Origin: Octopus vulgaris
Lineage: Eukaryota
Direction: 5' to 3'
DNA length: 64,000 nucleotides
Assembly: GCA_951406725.2 (NCBI GenBank)
Contig: OX597832.1
Location: forward strand, 54,188,001 to 54,252,000
A program made the translations under genes and the position numbers. Below are positions 16,511 to 30,437 of the stretch, in pieces. The notes below the pieces were generated by a model. It had not been told where the DNA came from, ran no database searches, and worked only from the letters and a program-made list of their open reading frames with translations. Positions within the stretch are counted from its first letter, which is position 1; each line of letters opens with the position of its first letter.

Positions 16511-17856
16511 CGCCAATGAGCCAGTCACGCACGTCACACCAGGTGAACGAGAATTGCGACCAGAGACATTGCTGTCCAGCAAACTCTTTGGCAGGTTTAT
16601 GAAATTTCAAGGTCAATGTAAATAAACACAATTAAGTTTTTTTTTTATATATATATTGCTCTGGCAATCTACAGTCCTTGAGATAAATGGATACTAAAAT
16701 GACCGTAATCAATATTTCTGGCAAGCAACCGTGCTGTTATCACGATTGATGGAAGACTTCTGTCTGCTAAACTGACAGGAGTCCACCACGCAACAGAACG
16801 AAAGCTTTATATAATACAAAAAAAAAATATTGTTTCCTCTTGACGATGATGATGGTAATAATGATGACGATGACGATGATGATGACGATGATGATGACGA
16901 TGATACTTATGAACATTTCCTGTGGAACATGGGTGGTGGCAATAAACAGATTGAGTTACAGCAGATGCAATGAAAATGGCGGGAAAACAAGATGAGTCAC
17001 CGAGAAGACCACGCCCAAAGGGAATGCGAAGTGGTGAATGGCTGTCAAAGTTACTTTGTGTACAAAAGTACATTGTAATATCGAGGCAGATGGTCGCAAT
17101 CACTGATGTTATCACCACCGATGCAACCATTGAATAAAATAGAGTTGGCGTGGGTTGGGCTCTAAGTGGTCGTTAGAAATAGCTAGAAATAGCAGTTGAA
17201 TCTCTGTGTCAAAAAAGAAAAAAAATGGCCACGTCATATAATTATAACAGGCGAATAAGGTTGGCAATATTTGCTTTGTTTTTTCAAGATATTTTTTTCC
17301 CACTAGACACTTTCACACGTCCGCAAAACGACTTCACGCAAGCACACACACAGGCACACATACTCTATCTGTCTGTCTCGCCCCTCTCTCTTCTATTGCC
17401 TTACTGTTTGTCAACGGCTTCAAATCCCCAGAACCGTTAAATATTTCTGTATCATACCACGTCGTTCAGTAAGCTTTGAGAAAACATCTGGCGCAAGTAT
17501 GACTGCCTGGTTAAGAAACCCACGTCGCAGTTACATAATTTAAAGTTCGCTACCGCAGCACAGCACCACGTCCAAAGGGCTTCAAGCAGGCACTGACATA
17601 TGTACTTATATTTTGGGTTGCCAGATAAATTTTCTTTGCCATTTATTTAATTTTATTATTATTATTTTTTTTTTACCTGACAGTCCATCTTCAGACGTCT
17701 GGAGAGAGAAAAATTTATTCAAAATTCAAAAGCCAAGGAAGAACAGAGCTAGCCCCCCCCCCAAAAAAAAAAACAAAAAGGAAAAAAAAAAAGAAAACCA
17801 TAAAACATCGCGATAAAAATATTTTTCTCGTTAATTCAAATAGCATTGGAAAGGAC

Positions 17857-18026
17857 GCTGTGTGGTAAGTAGCTTGCTTACGAACTACATGGTTCCGGGT
17901 TCAGTCCCACTGCGTAGCATCTTGGGCAAGTGTTTTCTACTATAGCCTCGGGCCAACCAAAGCCTTGTGAGTGGATTTGGTAGACGGAAACTGAAAGAAG
18001 CCCGTTGTATGTATGTATGTATGTAT

Positions 18027-18106
<80 letters not shown>

Positions 18107-18342
18107 GTATGTGTGTGTATATGTTTGTGTGTCTGCGTTTGTCACCTCCAACATCGCTTGACAACCGATGCTGGTGTGTTTACGTCCCCGTAACTTAGCA
18201 GTTCGACAAAAGAGACCGACAGAATAAGTACTAGGCTTACAGAGAATAAGTCCTGGCGTCGATGTGCTCGACTAATGGCGGTGCTCCAGCATGGCCACAG
18301 TCAAATGACTGAAACAAGTAAAAGAGTAGAGAGTAAAGAGTA
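17857..18342 (+). mobile_element. SINE family B
   Basis: Matches family B with tail gtaaaagag. Confidence 0.92.
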
Positions 18343-18344
18343 AC

Positions 18345-18612
18345 CGAATAGTCGATCCGATGAACAGAACAGCCTTCTCGTGAAATTAACGTGCAAGGGG
18401 CTGTGCACTCCACAGACACGTGTACCCTCAACGTAGTTTTCAGAGGGATTCAGCGAGACACAGGGTGTGACAAGGCTGGCCCTTTGAAATACAGGATTAT
18501 TCATTTTTGCTAGCTGAGTGGACTGGAGCAACGTGAAATAAAGAGTCTTGCTCAAGGACACAACGCGTCGCCGGGAATCGAACTCACGACTTTGTGATCG
18601 TGAGCCGAAGAC
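18345..18612 (-). mobile_element. SINE family C-related copy (alternative 3' end)
   Basis: tRNA-like head (gagttcgattccc), CORE-like ccttgagcaaga, body shared with 11130-11230 and 42460-42790. Confidence 0.8.
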
Positions 18613-18777
18613 CCTCTGTTTCACTTCCTTTAATCCTCCACAATATCTTGCATTAATCACACGTTTATACTGAAGGATATACTGTTAAAGAAGCAACATG
18701 CATTAGAGTCTATTGAACGAACCTCCCCAGTATATCACTGTTACTTATTTTATTAATTGCAGGCAAAATGAAAGGCT

Positions 18778-19160
18778 GCAAGCTGGTAAAGTCGTTAGCA
18801 CGCCGGACAATATGGTTAGTGGCATTCGTCTGTCCTAACGTTCTGGGTTCAAATTCCGCCGAGATCGACTTTGCTTTCATCCTTTCGGAGTCGATAAATT
18901 AAGTACCAGTTACACACTGGAGTCGATGTAATCGACATAACCCCTTTGTCTGTCCTTGTTTGTCCTCTCTGTGTTTAGCCCCTTGTGGGCAATAAAGAAA
19001 TAGGTATTTCGTCTGCCGTTACGTTCTGAGTTCAAATTCCGCCGAGGTCGACTTTGCCTTTCATCCTTTCGGGGTCGATAAAATAAGTACCAGTTGAATA
19101 CTGGGGTCGACGTAATTGACTAGCCACCTCCCCACAAAATTGCTGGCCTTATGCTCCAAA
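18778..19160 (+). mobile_element. SINE family A dimer
   Basis: Junction aagaaata|ggtatttcgtctgcc at about 19002. Confidence 0.9.
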
Positions 19161-19670
19161 TTATAAAAACTTAATTACCGACCAATGAATATCGCCGTAA
19201 ACTGGCAAAATCGTTAGAGCGCCGGATTAAATACTTAGTAGTATCTCTTCCGGATCTCTACCCACTGAGTTCAAATCCCGTTGAGGTCAACTCTGCTTTT
19301 TATCCTTTCAATATCGATAAAGTATCTGCCAATTACTGGCGTAATGGCATTTATTAGACAACTTCCTCTCAATACTGATTGCCTCGTGCTTTTATTAGAA
19401 AAAATGGATGGCAAGCTGGTAGGATCTATATCAGTTTATCTGTACATTCGATCTGTTTATAATTGAGTAGTTGCTTTGATCTATCTTGTGATTGAATTCA
19501 GTATCTGGTATTGATTATATATATTGTTGATGTTGGAAATATCCTCCTCAATTTTAAACTCTTCATGCACAGACAACCATTAATAGGAACCAAAGAAGGA
19601 ATCCCAATAGGGACCCTCAGCCTACAAGAAATAAGAGCTACATGTCCTTCAAAATAATATTCGACTACAA

Positions 19671-20549
19671 TAAAAAAAGATGGATGGTCACGGCTGGAAC
19701 GCCAGTGATCATAGGTCTGCTTAGTCACGGTCGATCTGAGTCTAAACAACAACACACTAGTTAACCAATAAAAAAGATGGGTGGCCATGGCTGGAACGCC
19801 AGTGATCATAGGTCTGCTTAGTCACGGTCGATCTGAGTCTAAACAAAAACACACTAGTTAACCAATAAAAAAAAGATGGATGGTCACGGCTGGAACGCCA
19901 GTGTTCATAGGTCTGCTTAGTCACGGTCGATCTGAGTCTAAACAACAACACACTAGTTAACCAATAAAAAAAGATGGATGGTCACGGCTGGAACGCCAGT
20001 GATCATAGGTCTGCTTAGTCACGGTCGATCTGAGTCTAAACAACAACATTCTAGTTAACCAATAAAAAAGATGGGTGGTCACGGCTGGAACGCCAGTGAT
20101 CATAGGTCTGCTTAGTCACGGTCGATCTGAGTCTAAACAACACACTAGTTAACCAATAAAAAAAGATGGATGGTCACGGCTGGAACGCCAGTGATCATAG
20201 GTCTGCTTAGTCACGGTCGATCTGAGTCTAAACAAAAACACACTAGTTAACCAATAAAAAAGGATGGATGGTCACGGCTGGAACGTCAGTGATCATAGGT
20301 CTGCTTAGTCACTGTCGATCCGAGTCTAAACAACAACACACTAGTTAACCAATAAAAAAGATGGATGGTCACGGCTGGAACGCCAGTGATCATAGGTCTG
20401 CTTAGTCACGGTCGATCCGAGTCTAAACAACAACACACTAGTTAACCAATAAAAAAAGATGGATGATCACGGATGGAACGCCAGTGTTCATAGGTCTGCT
20501 GAGTCGCAGTCGATCCGAGTCTAAACAACAACATACTAGTCAACCAATC
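19671..20549. repeat. Tandem array of 9 units of 95-99 bp
   Basis: Unit gatggatggtcacggctggaacgccagtgatcataggtctgcttagtcacggtcgatctgagtctaaacaacaacacactagttaaccaat(a)n, starting at 19679, 19776, 19875, 19973, 20070, 20165, 20263, 20360 and 20458. Confidence 0.97.
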
Positions 20550-20782
20550 TCAGTATCTGAAGATACTCACCAAGGCCATAAATTCTGCTCAAAGAATACC
20601 TCGATGTTTTAGCAACTGGGCTATGCTATTCTGCAGTAGATTAAAGTTTGTCACGTGACGATTTACTGCTTCCGACGTTTCACAGTCAGTTGTAACATGA
20701 CTAATCATCAATCTCTTATAACCTGTAGTAGCCTGCCTAGAACAACTGTGATTATTGTGTGAGTTTAGTAAATGGCGTAGAA

Positions 20783-21072
20783 CTACGGTCCCCTCCCTTT
20801 CATTTTGCACGACGAACTGGTTTCATGCAAGACAATTTTCCCACAGTCTTGGGGTTCACACACCTAACAAAACACAATAAAATACATACTCTATGATATA
20901 TATATATTATATACATGTTACATATGTAATATATTCATAATGCAAAAACACCCACCAGACTGCGATAGCCAATAAAATAAGGTTTAAAAATATAATATTC
21001 TTTCTGTACGGTCCGGTATCAAATTATCCACGGCCCGGCACTGGTTCGCGGCTCGGCGGCTGGGGACTCCTG
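20783..21072. mobile_element. hAT/Charlie-like MITE relic
   Basis: Degenerate ends ..ggtcccc and ggggactcctg with subterminal cacggcccgg/cgcggctcgg repeats. Confidence 0.5.
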
Positions 21073-21395
21073 TTATTATAGGGTACAGGCGGATCAGTAT
21101 CATGACAGACTTGCCTTGTGCTAATACATACCTAGCGAAAGGGCATGAAGGGCACCGCTTCCAATTTTTTCTCCTTATTTAGCTAAATCGATGTCTTCTG
21201 CCTACAAAAAGAAATTCGTATTCAATCAGATGGAAGCCAAAAAAATATTCTGTTAAGATAACTCAGTAAAAAGCATGATATTTATTAATTGTTTCTTCAC
21301 AATATTTTCATTGCAATTCACTGATTTTGTTTACATTAACTGTGAAAATAATGAAGACTTTTGCGAAATAACTTGGTCTTATTAAACTCCAGCAA

Positions 21396-22060
21396 GGCGG
21401 CGGTCCGACAGAATTGTTAGCACGCCGGGCGAAATGCGTAGCCGTATTTCGTCTGTCGTTACGTTCTGAGTTCAAATTCCGCCGAGGTCGACTTTGCCTT
21501 TCATCCTTTCGAGGTCGATAAATTAAGTACCAGTCTCGCACTGGGGTCGATGTAATCGACTTAATCCGTTTGTCTGTCCTTGTTTGTCCCCTCTATGTTT
21601 AGCCCCTTATGGGCAATAAAGAAATAAGAATCGTTAGCACGCCGAACAAGATGCTTAGTGGAATTTTTTCAGAACTTTAGGTTGTGAGTTCAAATTCCGC
21701 CAGGGTGACTTTGCTTTTCATTTTTCGGGGTTCAAAGAAATAAGTACCAGTTGAGCCCTGGGGTCAATGCAATCGACTTAACCTTCCCCAGAAAAGGCTG
21801 GTTTGTGCCCAAAATTCGAAAGCATCGTTAAGCTCCAGCGTGGCGGCAAGCTGGCAGATTCGTTAGCACGCCAGAGAAAATGCATAGCGGCAATTTTTTC
21901 CTGATTTTTACGCGATGAGTTCAAATTCAGCCAAGGTTGATTTTCCTTTTCATTCTTTCGGGGTCGATGAAATAAGTAACAGTTGAGTACTGGAGACGAT
22001 ATAATCGACTAGCCCTCACCTCCCTCAAACTTTTGTGCCTTGTGCCTATAGAAGGAAGGA
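21396..22060 (+). mobile_element. Chain of three SINE family A copies
   Basis: Copy with tail1 to 21625 joined to agaatcgttagc of an older head; third copy at 21842-22060. Confidence 0.88.
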
Positions 22061-22063
22061 TAA

Positions 22064-22430
22064 TTAACCTTTTAACAGACACTATCAGACACTATCAGAC
22101 ACTATCAGGCCGAAATATTCTACCTGTTTTATGCTTAAACTGACCAGATCAAGCCTTTCACACCTACCCTACAATGTAATTCTAAAAATAAACAATCACA
22201 TCATCAAAATCTAGAAGCTACAAGATAATGCATAATTAATTTAAAACAATGCGAATAAATGTATGGTTGTGTGGTAAGTAGCTTGCTTACCAACCACATG
22301 GTTCCGGGTTCAGTCCCACTGCGTGGCACCTTGGTCTAGTGTCTTCTACTATAGCCTCGGGCCGACCAAAGCCTTGTGAGTGGATTTGGTAGACGGAAAC
22401 TGAAAGAAGCCCGTCGTATATATGTGTGTG

Positions 22431-22461
<31 letters not shown>

Positions 22462-22627
22462 GTATGTATTTGTGTCTGTGTTTGTTCCCAACACCATCAC
22501 TTGACAACCGATGCTGGTGTGTTTACGTAGCTGTGACCTAGCAGTTCAGCCAAAAAGATCGATAGAATAAGTACTAGGCTTACAAAGAATAAGTCCTGGT
22601 GGTCGATTTGCTCGACTAAAGGGTTAA
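22064..22627. mobile_element. piggyBac-like MITE relic interrupted by SINE family B (22261-22620)
   Basis: Ends ttaa-cctttt and aaaggg-ttaa; SINE B head and body inside. Confidence 0.5.
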
Positions 22628-22639
22628 GCTCAAGTATGT

Positions 22640-22940
22640 GGAGGCACATGACCTCGTGGTTAGAGCAGCGGACTCACGGTCGAGGGATCGCGGGTTCGAA
22701 TCTCGGACCGGGTGATGTGTGTGTTTATGAGCGAAACACCTAAGCTCCACGCGGCTCCGGCAGAATGTAATGGCGAACTTCTGCTGACTCTTTTCGCCAC
22801 AACCTTCTCACACTCTTTCCTCCTGCATCTTGCAGCTCACCTGCGACGGACCGGCGTCCCGTCCAGGTGGGGAACCTAAACGCCAAGGAAACCGGGAAAC
22901 CGGCCCTAATGAGCCAGGCGTGGCTCGAGAAGGAACAAAC
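22640..22940 (+). mobile_element. SINE family C, full-length variant
   Basis: tRNA-like head ggaggcacatg..tggttagagc..ggttcgaatc; tail aacaaacaa. Head shared with 39938-40088. Confidence 0.85.
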
Positions 22941-23684
22941 AAGCTCAAGTATGGGACATATAATTATCCTGAAAATTTGATGCAAGGTTTTAATGTAGAA
23001 GACTTAAAAAACACAAGGTGTTTTTATACCATAGAACCAGGCTGGGATCGATCTCATACCGTTTGGTTATGAGAAAGATCATATAAAAGTGCGGTCACCT
23101 TATAAGGAATAGATGTTAATAACCAAGAGGTCAACCTCAAGGAGAATGGAAAATACTAGCGCAATGTCGAGACAATTAACTCAATGTGATGAATTTGCTG
23201 ATAAAGATGGGCTGGAGGGCAAACAGCGGAAAAAACAGATTAAGTGGGACTTTCCTGGGTTTATATAGGATCTCTGGTGGATATATTGCTGAGCTGTAGT
23301 CGTCATTGAGTGGATAATTGAAGGGAAATGAAAATAAATGAAATTCTGTAGACGATAGGCGTGGTCAGTTGTTCTCTCACTTGTGATTCATCCAAATGAA
23401 TATCGTTGACGAATATTCCTGAACAATGGAATCAATTTTAATTCGTGAGGAAAGCAGGAACCTAACACTTCATGTGAAACTCTTAGTTGGAGAAAAAACA
23501 AAAACAAAAAACAAAACAAAAAACAAACAAACAAAACAAAAAAAAGAACAAAAAGACAAAAACAAAACAATTAAAAAAACAAACTTACAAAGAAACTAAC
23601 AAAAAACAAAACGAAAGATAGACAGAAGTGGAAAGGGAGGGAGGAGAATGACCGAAACGTTATTCAGACAGCACGCATCATCTA

Positions 23685-23748
<64 letters not shown>

Positions 23749-24394
23749 CACACACACATGCACACGTGCACACACGCACACACACAAGCGTGTTTTTATC
23801 ATACACATAAAAGCTATATTTGTTTAACAAATTTCGGCACAAGGCCAGCAGGTTTGTGGGAGAGGGTGAATCGATGACATCGAACTCGGTACTTAACTAG
23901 TAAGTTTTTTTTATCGCCCCGACCTCCACCGAAAAGATGAAAGGCCAAGTCGCCCTTCCCCACCCGGTGGAATTTGAACGGACGAAATGCCGCCAAGCAC
24001 TATGCCCAGAGTGCTAATGATTCTGACAGCTCGGTTTCACACCCTCATACAATCTATATTAAAGAGATGAAGGCTGCAATTGGATTTGGAGCAATACAGA
24101 TGTAGTAAATTCTAAGTGCTGCTAGCGAGGAAGGAGTTTATACTTCTTTGCACAGATGTTGCAACAATGGGCGCCTCTTACAGCAGGTGGTCAACGGGCG
24201 TTACCACTTATGCCAACACAGGCTTTCATTCCATCACGGAAGTTTTTTCTTTGAGTGTTTTCCCTTTATCGGCCACGACAAAACAATGATATACAATGCG
24301 TAATAGAGATGATAAAAATGAAGCGATTGTTGTGTTTTAAGGTTTTGAAAGTGAGCAAGGAACCATTTGGATGGTTAATGGCCGAGAGGCATAG

Positions 24395-24619
24395 CGCAGG
24401 CGTGGCTGTGTGGCAAGAAGCTTGCTCCCCAATCACATGTTTCAGGAATCAGTGCCACTGCGTGGAGCCTTGGCAAGCGTCTTCTACTATGACCTCGGGC
24501 CGACCAAAGCCTTGTAAGAGGATTTGGCAGACGGAAACTGAAAGAAGCTAGTCATTTATATACATACATACACACATACATACATACATACATACATACA
24601 TACATACTGTGCGTGTGTT

Positions 24620-24651
<32 letters not shown>

Positions 24652-25062
24652 ATATATACTCTTTTTACTCTTTTACTTGTTTCAGTCATTTGACTGCGGC
24701 CATGCTGGAACACCGCCTTTAGTCGAGCAAATCAACCCCAGGACTTATTCTTTGGAAGCCTAGTACTTATTCTATCGATATCTTTGGTCGAACCGCTAAG
24801 TTACGGGAACGTAAACACACCAGCATCGGTTGTCAAGCGATGTTGGGGGACAAACGCAAACACACAAACATATACACACACATACATATATAGATACATA
24901 TATACGACAGGCTTCTTTCAGTTTCAGTCTACCAAATCCACCCACAAGGCTTTAGTCGGCCCGAAGCTATAGTAGAAGACACTTGCCCAAGGTTCCACGC
25001 AGTTGGACTGAACCCGGAACCATGTGGTTGGTAAGCAAGCTACTTACCACACAGCCACTCCT
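24395..25062. mobile_element. SINE B head (+, 24395-24548) followed by full SINE B (-, 24657-25062)
   Basis: Both match family B, in opposite orientations. Confidence 0.88.
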
Positions 25063-25229
25063 ATATATTGTACTGATCCGTGATAGAAAATTCAACAAAA
25101 TAAATACTCCATCTGGTGAGAGATATTTATTTAATGGGCACAATACATGTCTTAAAGCGCTACTAATAGTTTCAGACATATAAAATTATTACTTTAATAC
25201 ATGTATTGTGATCTTTAGATAAATAAATA

Positions 25230-25246
25230 ATATATATATATATCTG

Positions 25247-25278
<32 letters not shown>

Positions 25279-25354
25279 TGTATGTATGTATGTATGTATG
25301 TATGTATGTATGTATGTATGTATGTATGTATGTGTGTATGTATGTATGTATATG

Positions 25355-25388
<34 letters not shown>

Positions 25389-25452
25389 TGTATATATATA
25401 TATATGTATATATATATGTATATATGTATATATGTATGTATGTATGTATGTA

Positions 25453-25488
<36 letters not shown>

Positions 25489-25725
25489 TGTATGTATGTA
25501 TGTATATGCGTCTATGTGTGTGTTTGTCTCTGTGTTTGTTCCCCTTTACCGCTTGACAACAGGTGTTGGTGTGCTTAAGTCCCCTTAATTAGCGGTTCGG
25601 CAAAAGAAACCAACGGAATAAGTGCTATGTTTCTAAAAAAAATACGACTAAAAACCATCTTCAAGGCGATGCTCCAGCATGGCCGCAGTCTAATGACAGC
25701 AACAAGGAAAAGAATGAAAGATAAA
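25230..25725 (+). mobile_element. (TATG)n array plus SINE B 3' half
   Basis: cgcttgacaac..gctccagcatggccgcagtc. Confidence 0.8.
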
Positions 25726-26416
25726 GGACTTGCACAGAACTAATCCAGTCTCTAGATAAGGCAAGCATTTGAGAGAGATGTCTAAACAAACACTACGTAT
25801 CTCTCACTCCCAGCTCATTCGCTGTTGATTTCACTGAGTTCAGCTGTCTTTTGATATCTGTTGTCCTTGACTTATGTCTCGTATGGCGTTCAACGTAAAC
25901 GATTCTCCTTATGAAGCCAGACTTGGACAGAAATAGCAGTTTTGTCATCGAGAGCCGACTATGCGGTACGTTGTCTGAGTTACGTTTTCAATTGCACAAA
26001 GAGTAATTTGACACACAGATACATATACCTACACGTGTGTGTGTATGTCTGTGTGTATGTCTGTGTGTTCGTGTATGCATGCATGTGTGTGTTTCTGTGT
26101 GTGTGTGTGTGTGTTCGTCGTCCGTTTTCAATGATAGACCAAAGCCTCATACATTCTCACCTGCAAAACAGGATCTATTTTCATAGGAAACCAGAGATTC
26201 ACGACTGCTCGTGCCTAACCAATGTTCGCGAAATGAATCTACGAAAGTGATAGCTGCATTTCATTGTCGTGAGTATTTCATTAAAAGCCACAGGGTTGCA
26301 GGTTAAGTCCCAATGCATGGCACCTTCGACAAGTGTCTTAAGTGTCCTCTACTATAGTCCCAAGCGGACCAAACACTTGCGATTCGATTTGGTAGACGAA
26401 AACTGAAAGACCAACG

Positions 26417-26488
<72 letters not shown>

Positions 26489-26703
26489 CCGCCATGATAG
26501 ATCGGTAGCCACTACACACATTTTTTTTCTCTCCTTGTTTCTCTCCTTGTTATTTTTTTATGTCCCTTTCTGTAGAAGAGCGTAAAAGACTTTTTCAATT
26601 CCCGAGCGTTATAATAATACATCTGTTTGTTTTGTACACCACCTGTCTTCGTCTTTTGTTTTTTCGTGAACTCTCCCCCCACCTATATATATATATATCT
26701 ATA

Positions 26704-26736
<33 letters not shown>

Positions 26737-26753
26737 ATCTATCTATCTATCTA

Positions 26754-26792
<39 letters not shown>

Positions 26793-26903
26793 AATAAATA
26801 AAATATATGCATACATACAAACATATATGTACGTACCGACATCTACATGTATATATACATGCATATATAAATATATATACGTACAGGACATCACAGGAAG
26901 ACG

Positions 26904-26910
26904 AAAAAAA
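26904..26910 (-). terminator. Pol III oligo-T terminator of tRNA-Leu
   Basis: T7 run on the minus strand, 6 nt downstream of the discriminator base. Confidence 0.75.
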
Positions 26911-26916
26911 TCAACT

Positions 26917-27000
26917 TGTCAGAAGTGGGATTCGAACCCACGCCGGGAAGACCCGACTGCGACCTGAACGCAGCGCCTTAGACCGCTCGGCCATCCTGAC
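26917..27000 (-). tRNA. tRNA-Leu-CAG: tRNA-Leu(CAG), 84 nt, intronless
   Basis: GTCAGGATGGCCGAGCGGTCTAAGGCGCTGCGTTCAGGTCGCAGTCGGGTCTTCCCGGCGTGGGTTCGAATCCCACTTCTGACA. Acceptor stem, CAG anticodon, paired variable arm (CGGG/CCCG) and T-loop are intact. Confidence 0.96.
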
Positions 27001-27111
27001 AGCTGATAAATTTATGAGATTCAGCTTTAGTCTTACATGAGAGCGAGATGAGCTGATACCATTACTTTTCTCTCTCTTCATTTGTCCTTGCAACCAACAG
27101 AATATATATAT

Positions 27112-27600
<489 letters not shown>

Positions 27601-28257
27601 TTGATATACATTCGAGCATAACGCCCCCCGTCCAATGGACGGTGCTGAGTTGTAAAACATTTAAACCAAATTTTCTCAGAGTAACTTGTCCGACCGTCCC
27701 ATAGGCCTCCGCTTTGAGAAACACTGGTTTGACCTAAATTTGAGACTCTAGCAAAAGAAGAAATAAAGGTAGACTTTTCTCCTATTCCAAAGAAAAACGA
27801 TTTTATTCACACAAATATGCAACCGAAGAGTTTAAAGTACCAGTAATGATAAGGCTGTTGACTGGGAGAACATAAACACGGTTTAAACAGTAAGCTTGGC
27901 AGGAAAGAAACGTGTCTTTAAGCAATACAAAAACAACAAAAGATGGAAGGTGCAGTTATGTACAGGTTGACGGAAGAAAAGCAGGACAAAAACGATGCAT
28001 GCAGATGGGTTAGCTGGAGGTAATTCTAGATGGAAAGGCATGATGAATTTATGAGAACGTACCTGGGACAATAATAATTTTATCCGATAAAACATGTAGG
28101 AAATTAACTTGGGGCGATTTTTGATGAAAAGCAACAACCTAGGGAACTAAATAACTAATTTTAAGCTAACTTATTTTACGTGATGTTCAAGGGCATGGAA
28201 AAGCTAGTGGAGAGCAGCCTTAAGCATGCCTTTATTTCAATAAAATTTTTGGTTTTG

Positions 28258-28672
28258 TTAAACGGAGTTAAAGGCAAATAAAAAAAAAACTTCTTGAGAA
28301 ACCAAATAGTCTTTCCTTTCTTCATACCAAGTTTGAAGAAAATACCTCTTATGCATCTTACTTTTTTGGTCTCTTAAATATGCTGCATTTTGTGACATTA
28401 TTTCAAGCCAGCCGGCTTTTTTTGCGCAAACTGCACGTGCATTTTTCTCGCTTAAGCGTAGTATCGATCGCAACAGCTGATATACTTGCGCGTACAAATG
28501 CACGTTCCCACGGCTTTATCGATCGCATTCTCACCTGGAATCGATTTTTGTAATTTTTTCAAGACTTATACACGCCCTGATACCGTCGGTATCTACATAT
28601 CAAATTCGAGCGCAATCGGATGGAGGATGCCCGAGATCCTAGAAGACACACAGGCAGACAGACAGAACGGAT

Positions 28673-28680
<8 letters not shown>
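28258..28680 (-). mobile_element. Helitron-like non-autonomous fragment
   Basis: Minus-strand start tatataaaaaaatccgttctgtctgtctg resembles the 5' end of the element at 56186-56569. No CTAG end found. Confidence 0.4.
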
Positions 28681-28754
<74 letters not shown>

Positions 28755-28790
28755 ATATATAATATATATATATATATGTATATATATATG

Positions 28791-28849
<59 letters not shown>

Positions 28850-28850
<1 letters not shown>

Positions 28851-29603
28851 TTCTTCACTGTGTCCCTGATGAGAAGATCTTCGAACATCTTGGTCTTGGC
28901 CACTAGCTTAGTCGTGGTGTTGTAGGCTGAGCGGCTGGTGTCTTTCTCAACCACGACATACACATATTACACCATAGGCTTACAACCAAAAGAATTAGGG
29001 ACCCAGAAATTGTGGCCGGTGAAGTCGTAGAAATTCTCCGACAACCACTTCTGACTCCCACTGGAGGTGTGGGTGGCAAGGAACCGAATCCTGCTGCCAC
29101 ACATATGGCCTTCCAGCAGTAACCTTCACCAGCCAGGGATTGACCACAGCTTTCCAGCAGCTTCTCATAGCCGTCTGAATTAAGCCTAAGATCCCGTTCA
29201 AAGATGTGGCGATGAGTTCCGACATGCGGACGCAGTGAGAAAGCCTGCTGTATCTCTCTCTCTCTCTGCTGACCACAGTTTCGTTGTCTCCTTTGCGGCT
29301 GTCCATTCCATGTCTTTCAGCCTTTACAGTGTCCACAGAGCATTGAGCAGCAGTCGTGGTGTCGGCATTTTGATACCCGGCGCGAACCAGCATGATTCAA
29401 GCAACTCTTTCCTAATATTCAAATGGCTTCCAGTCATCCATGTCAGCTAACTTTTTCTCAACAACAACTTTAATATTCATGCTCTCCAACGCCGTTGACT
29501 ATTTACCAATACATCAAGCGCTTCCTGACCCCCCCCCCCCCAAAAAAAACAAACAAAAAGGAGACATAAAGATGATCGTCAAATTTAGCCCGAACACTCT
29601 GTA
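28850..29603 (-). mobile_element. Decayed Tc1/mariner (maT/Bmmar1-like) transposon
   Basis: Minus frames give PWLVKVTAGRPYVWQQDSVPCH, a degenerate WPPNSPD-type motif (FWVPNS) and VVEKDT; internal deletion, stops and frameshifts. One terminus ta-cagagtgttcgggctaaatttgac at 29577-29603. Confidence 0.8.
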
Positions 29604-30185
29604 TACACACCGGTCACGTGCCGTCAGTAAATACTCAGGGTAGGCAGTTGGTGATGTTTATGTAGTAAAAAAATAAACAAATAAATAAGATAAGCGAAAC
29701 AGGCGCGCGACGGAGTTGGAGGCAGATTTACTTCTGCCTTTATAACGCGTAAAGAAAAAAGTTGTAGGAATGTACGCAGCATGTGTGCTACAGCAGTCCT
29801 ATGCGTAGCTTTAATACTGAGATTGAAAGGCAGGAGCGAATTATGCCTACCTAATCTACTAGAAAATAAAATATTTTGCACTTTGTGCATAGTAACCAGA
29901 GTAACCTTCATAGTTTTATTGAATTATGTGCATATTTTGCCATAAAAGGAAAGTGTTACTATCGATGTCTTTTATTTATCCAGGGTAGACACTGCTTACC
30001 TTGCCTACTCAGGCTGCACGTCCCTGATATACACACACGACCGCGCACCGTTACCACATACTCATATAAAACTATACTTGCCCAAATACATACTCATATA
30101 TAGTATGAACTTGACACATAACTCCTACTGGTTGTTGTTCCAAGTCGACGATTGACTCCTGCTGACTTCCTGGCCAAGTATATAT

Positions 30186-30341
30186 ATTTCTTTATTGCCC
30201 ACAAGGAGCTAAACATAGAGGGGACAAACAAGGACAAAGGGATTAAGTCGATTACATCGACTCCAGTGCGAAACTGGTACTTTATTTATCGACCCCGAAA
30301 GGATGAAAGGCAAAGTCGACCACGGCGGAATTTGAACTCAG
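30186..30341 (-). mobile_element. 5'-truncated SINE family A (3' part of the U6 chimera)
   Basis: Starts at ctgagttcaaattcc and ends with tail1 aagaaat. Shares TSD tggccaagtatatat (30171-30185 and 30455-30469) with U6. Confidence 0.93.
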
Positions 30342-30351
30342 ATATTTTTTT

Positions 30352-30397
30352 ATATGGAACGCTTCACGAATTTCCGTGTCATCCTTGCGCAGAGGCT

Positions 30398-30437
<40 letters not shown>

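Noticed and set aside
16977-17138. Short ORF MAGKQDESPRR...
   Set aside because: No recognisable homology or splice support.
19671-20549. CRISPR array
   Set aside because: Units are near-identical along their whole length with no unique spacers, there are no cas genes, and the context is eukaryotic.
22640-22712. tRNA genes at SINE heads (also 36407, 39938, 43095)
   Set aside because: A/B-box-like motifs are present, but there is no proper cloverleaf and most run into SINE bodies.
28864-28890. Hammerhead-like ctgatgagaagatcttcgaac
   Set aside because: Has GAAC instead of GAAA, lacks stems I and III, and is antisense to decayed mariner coding sequence.
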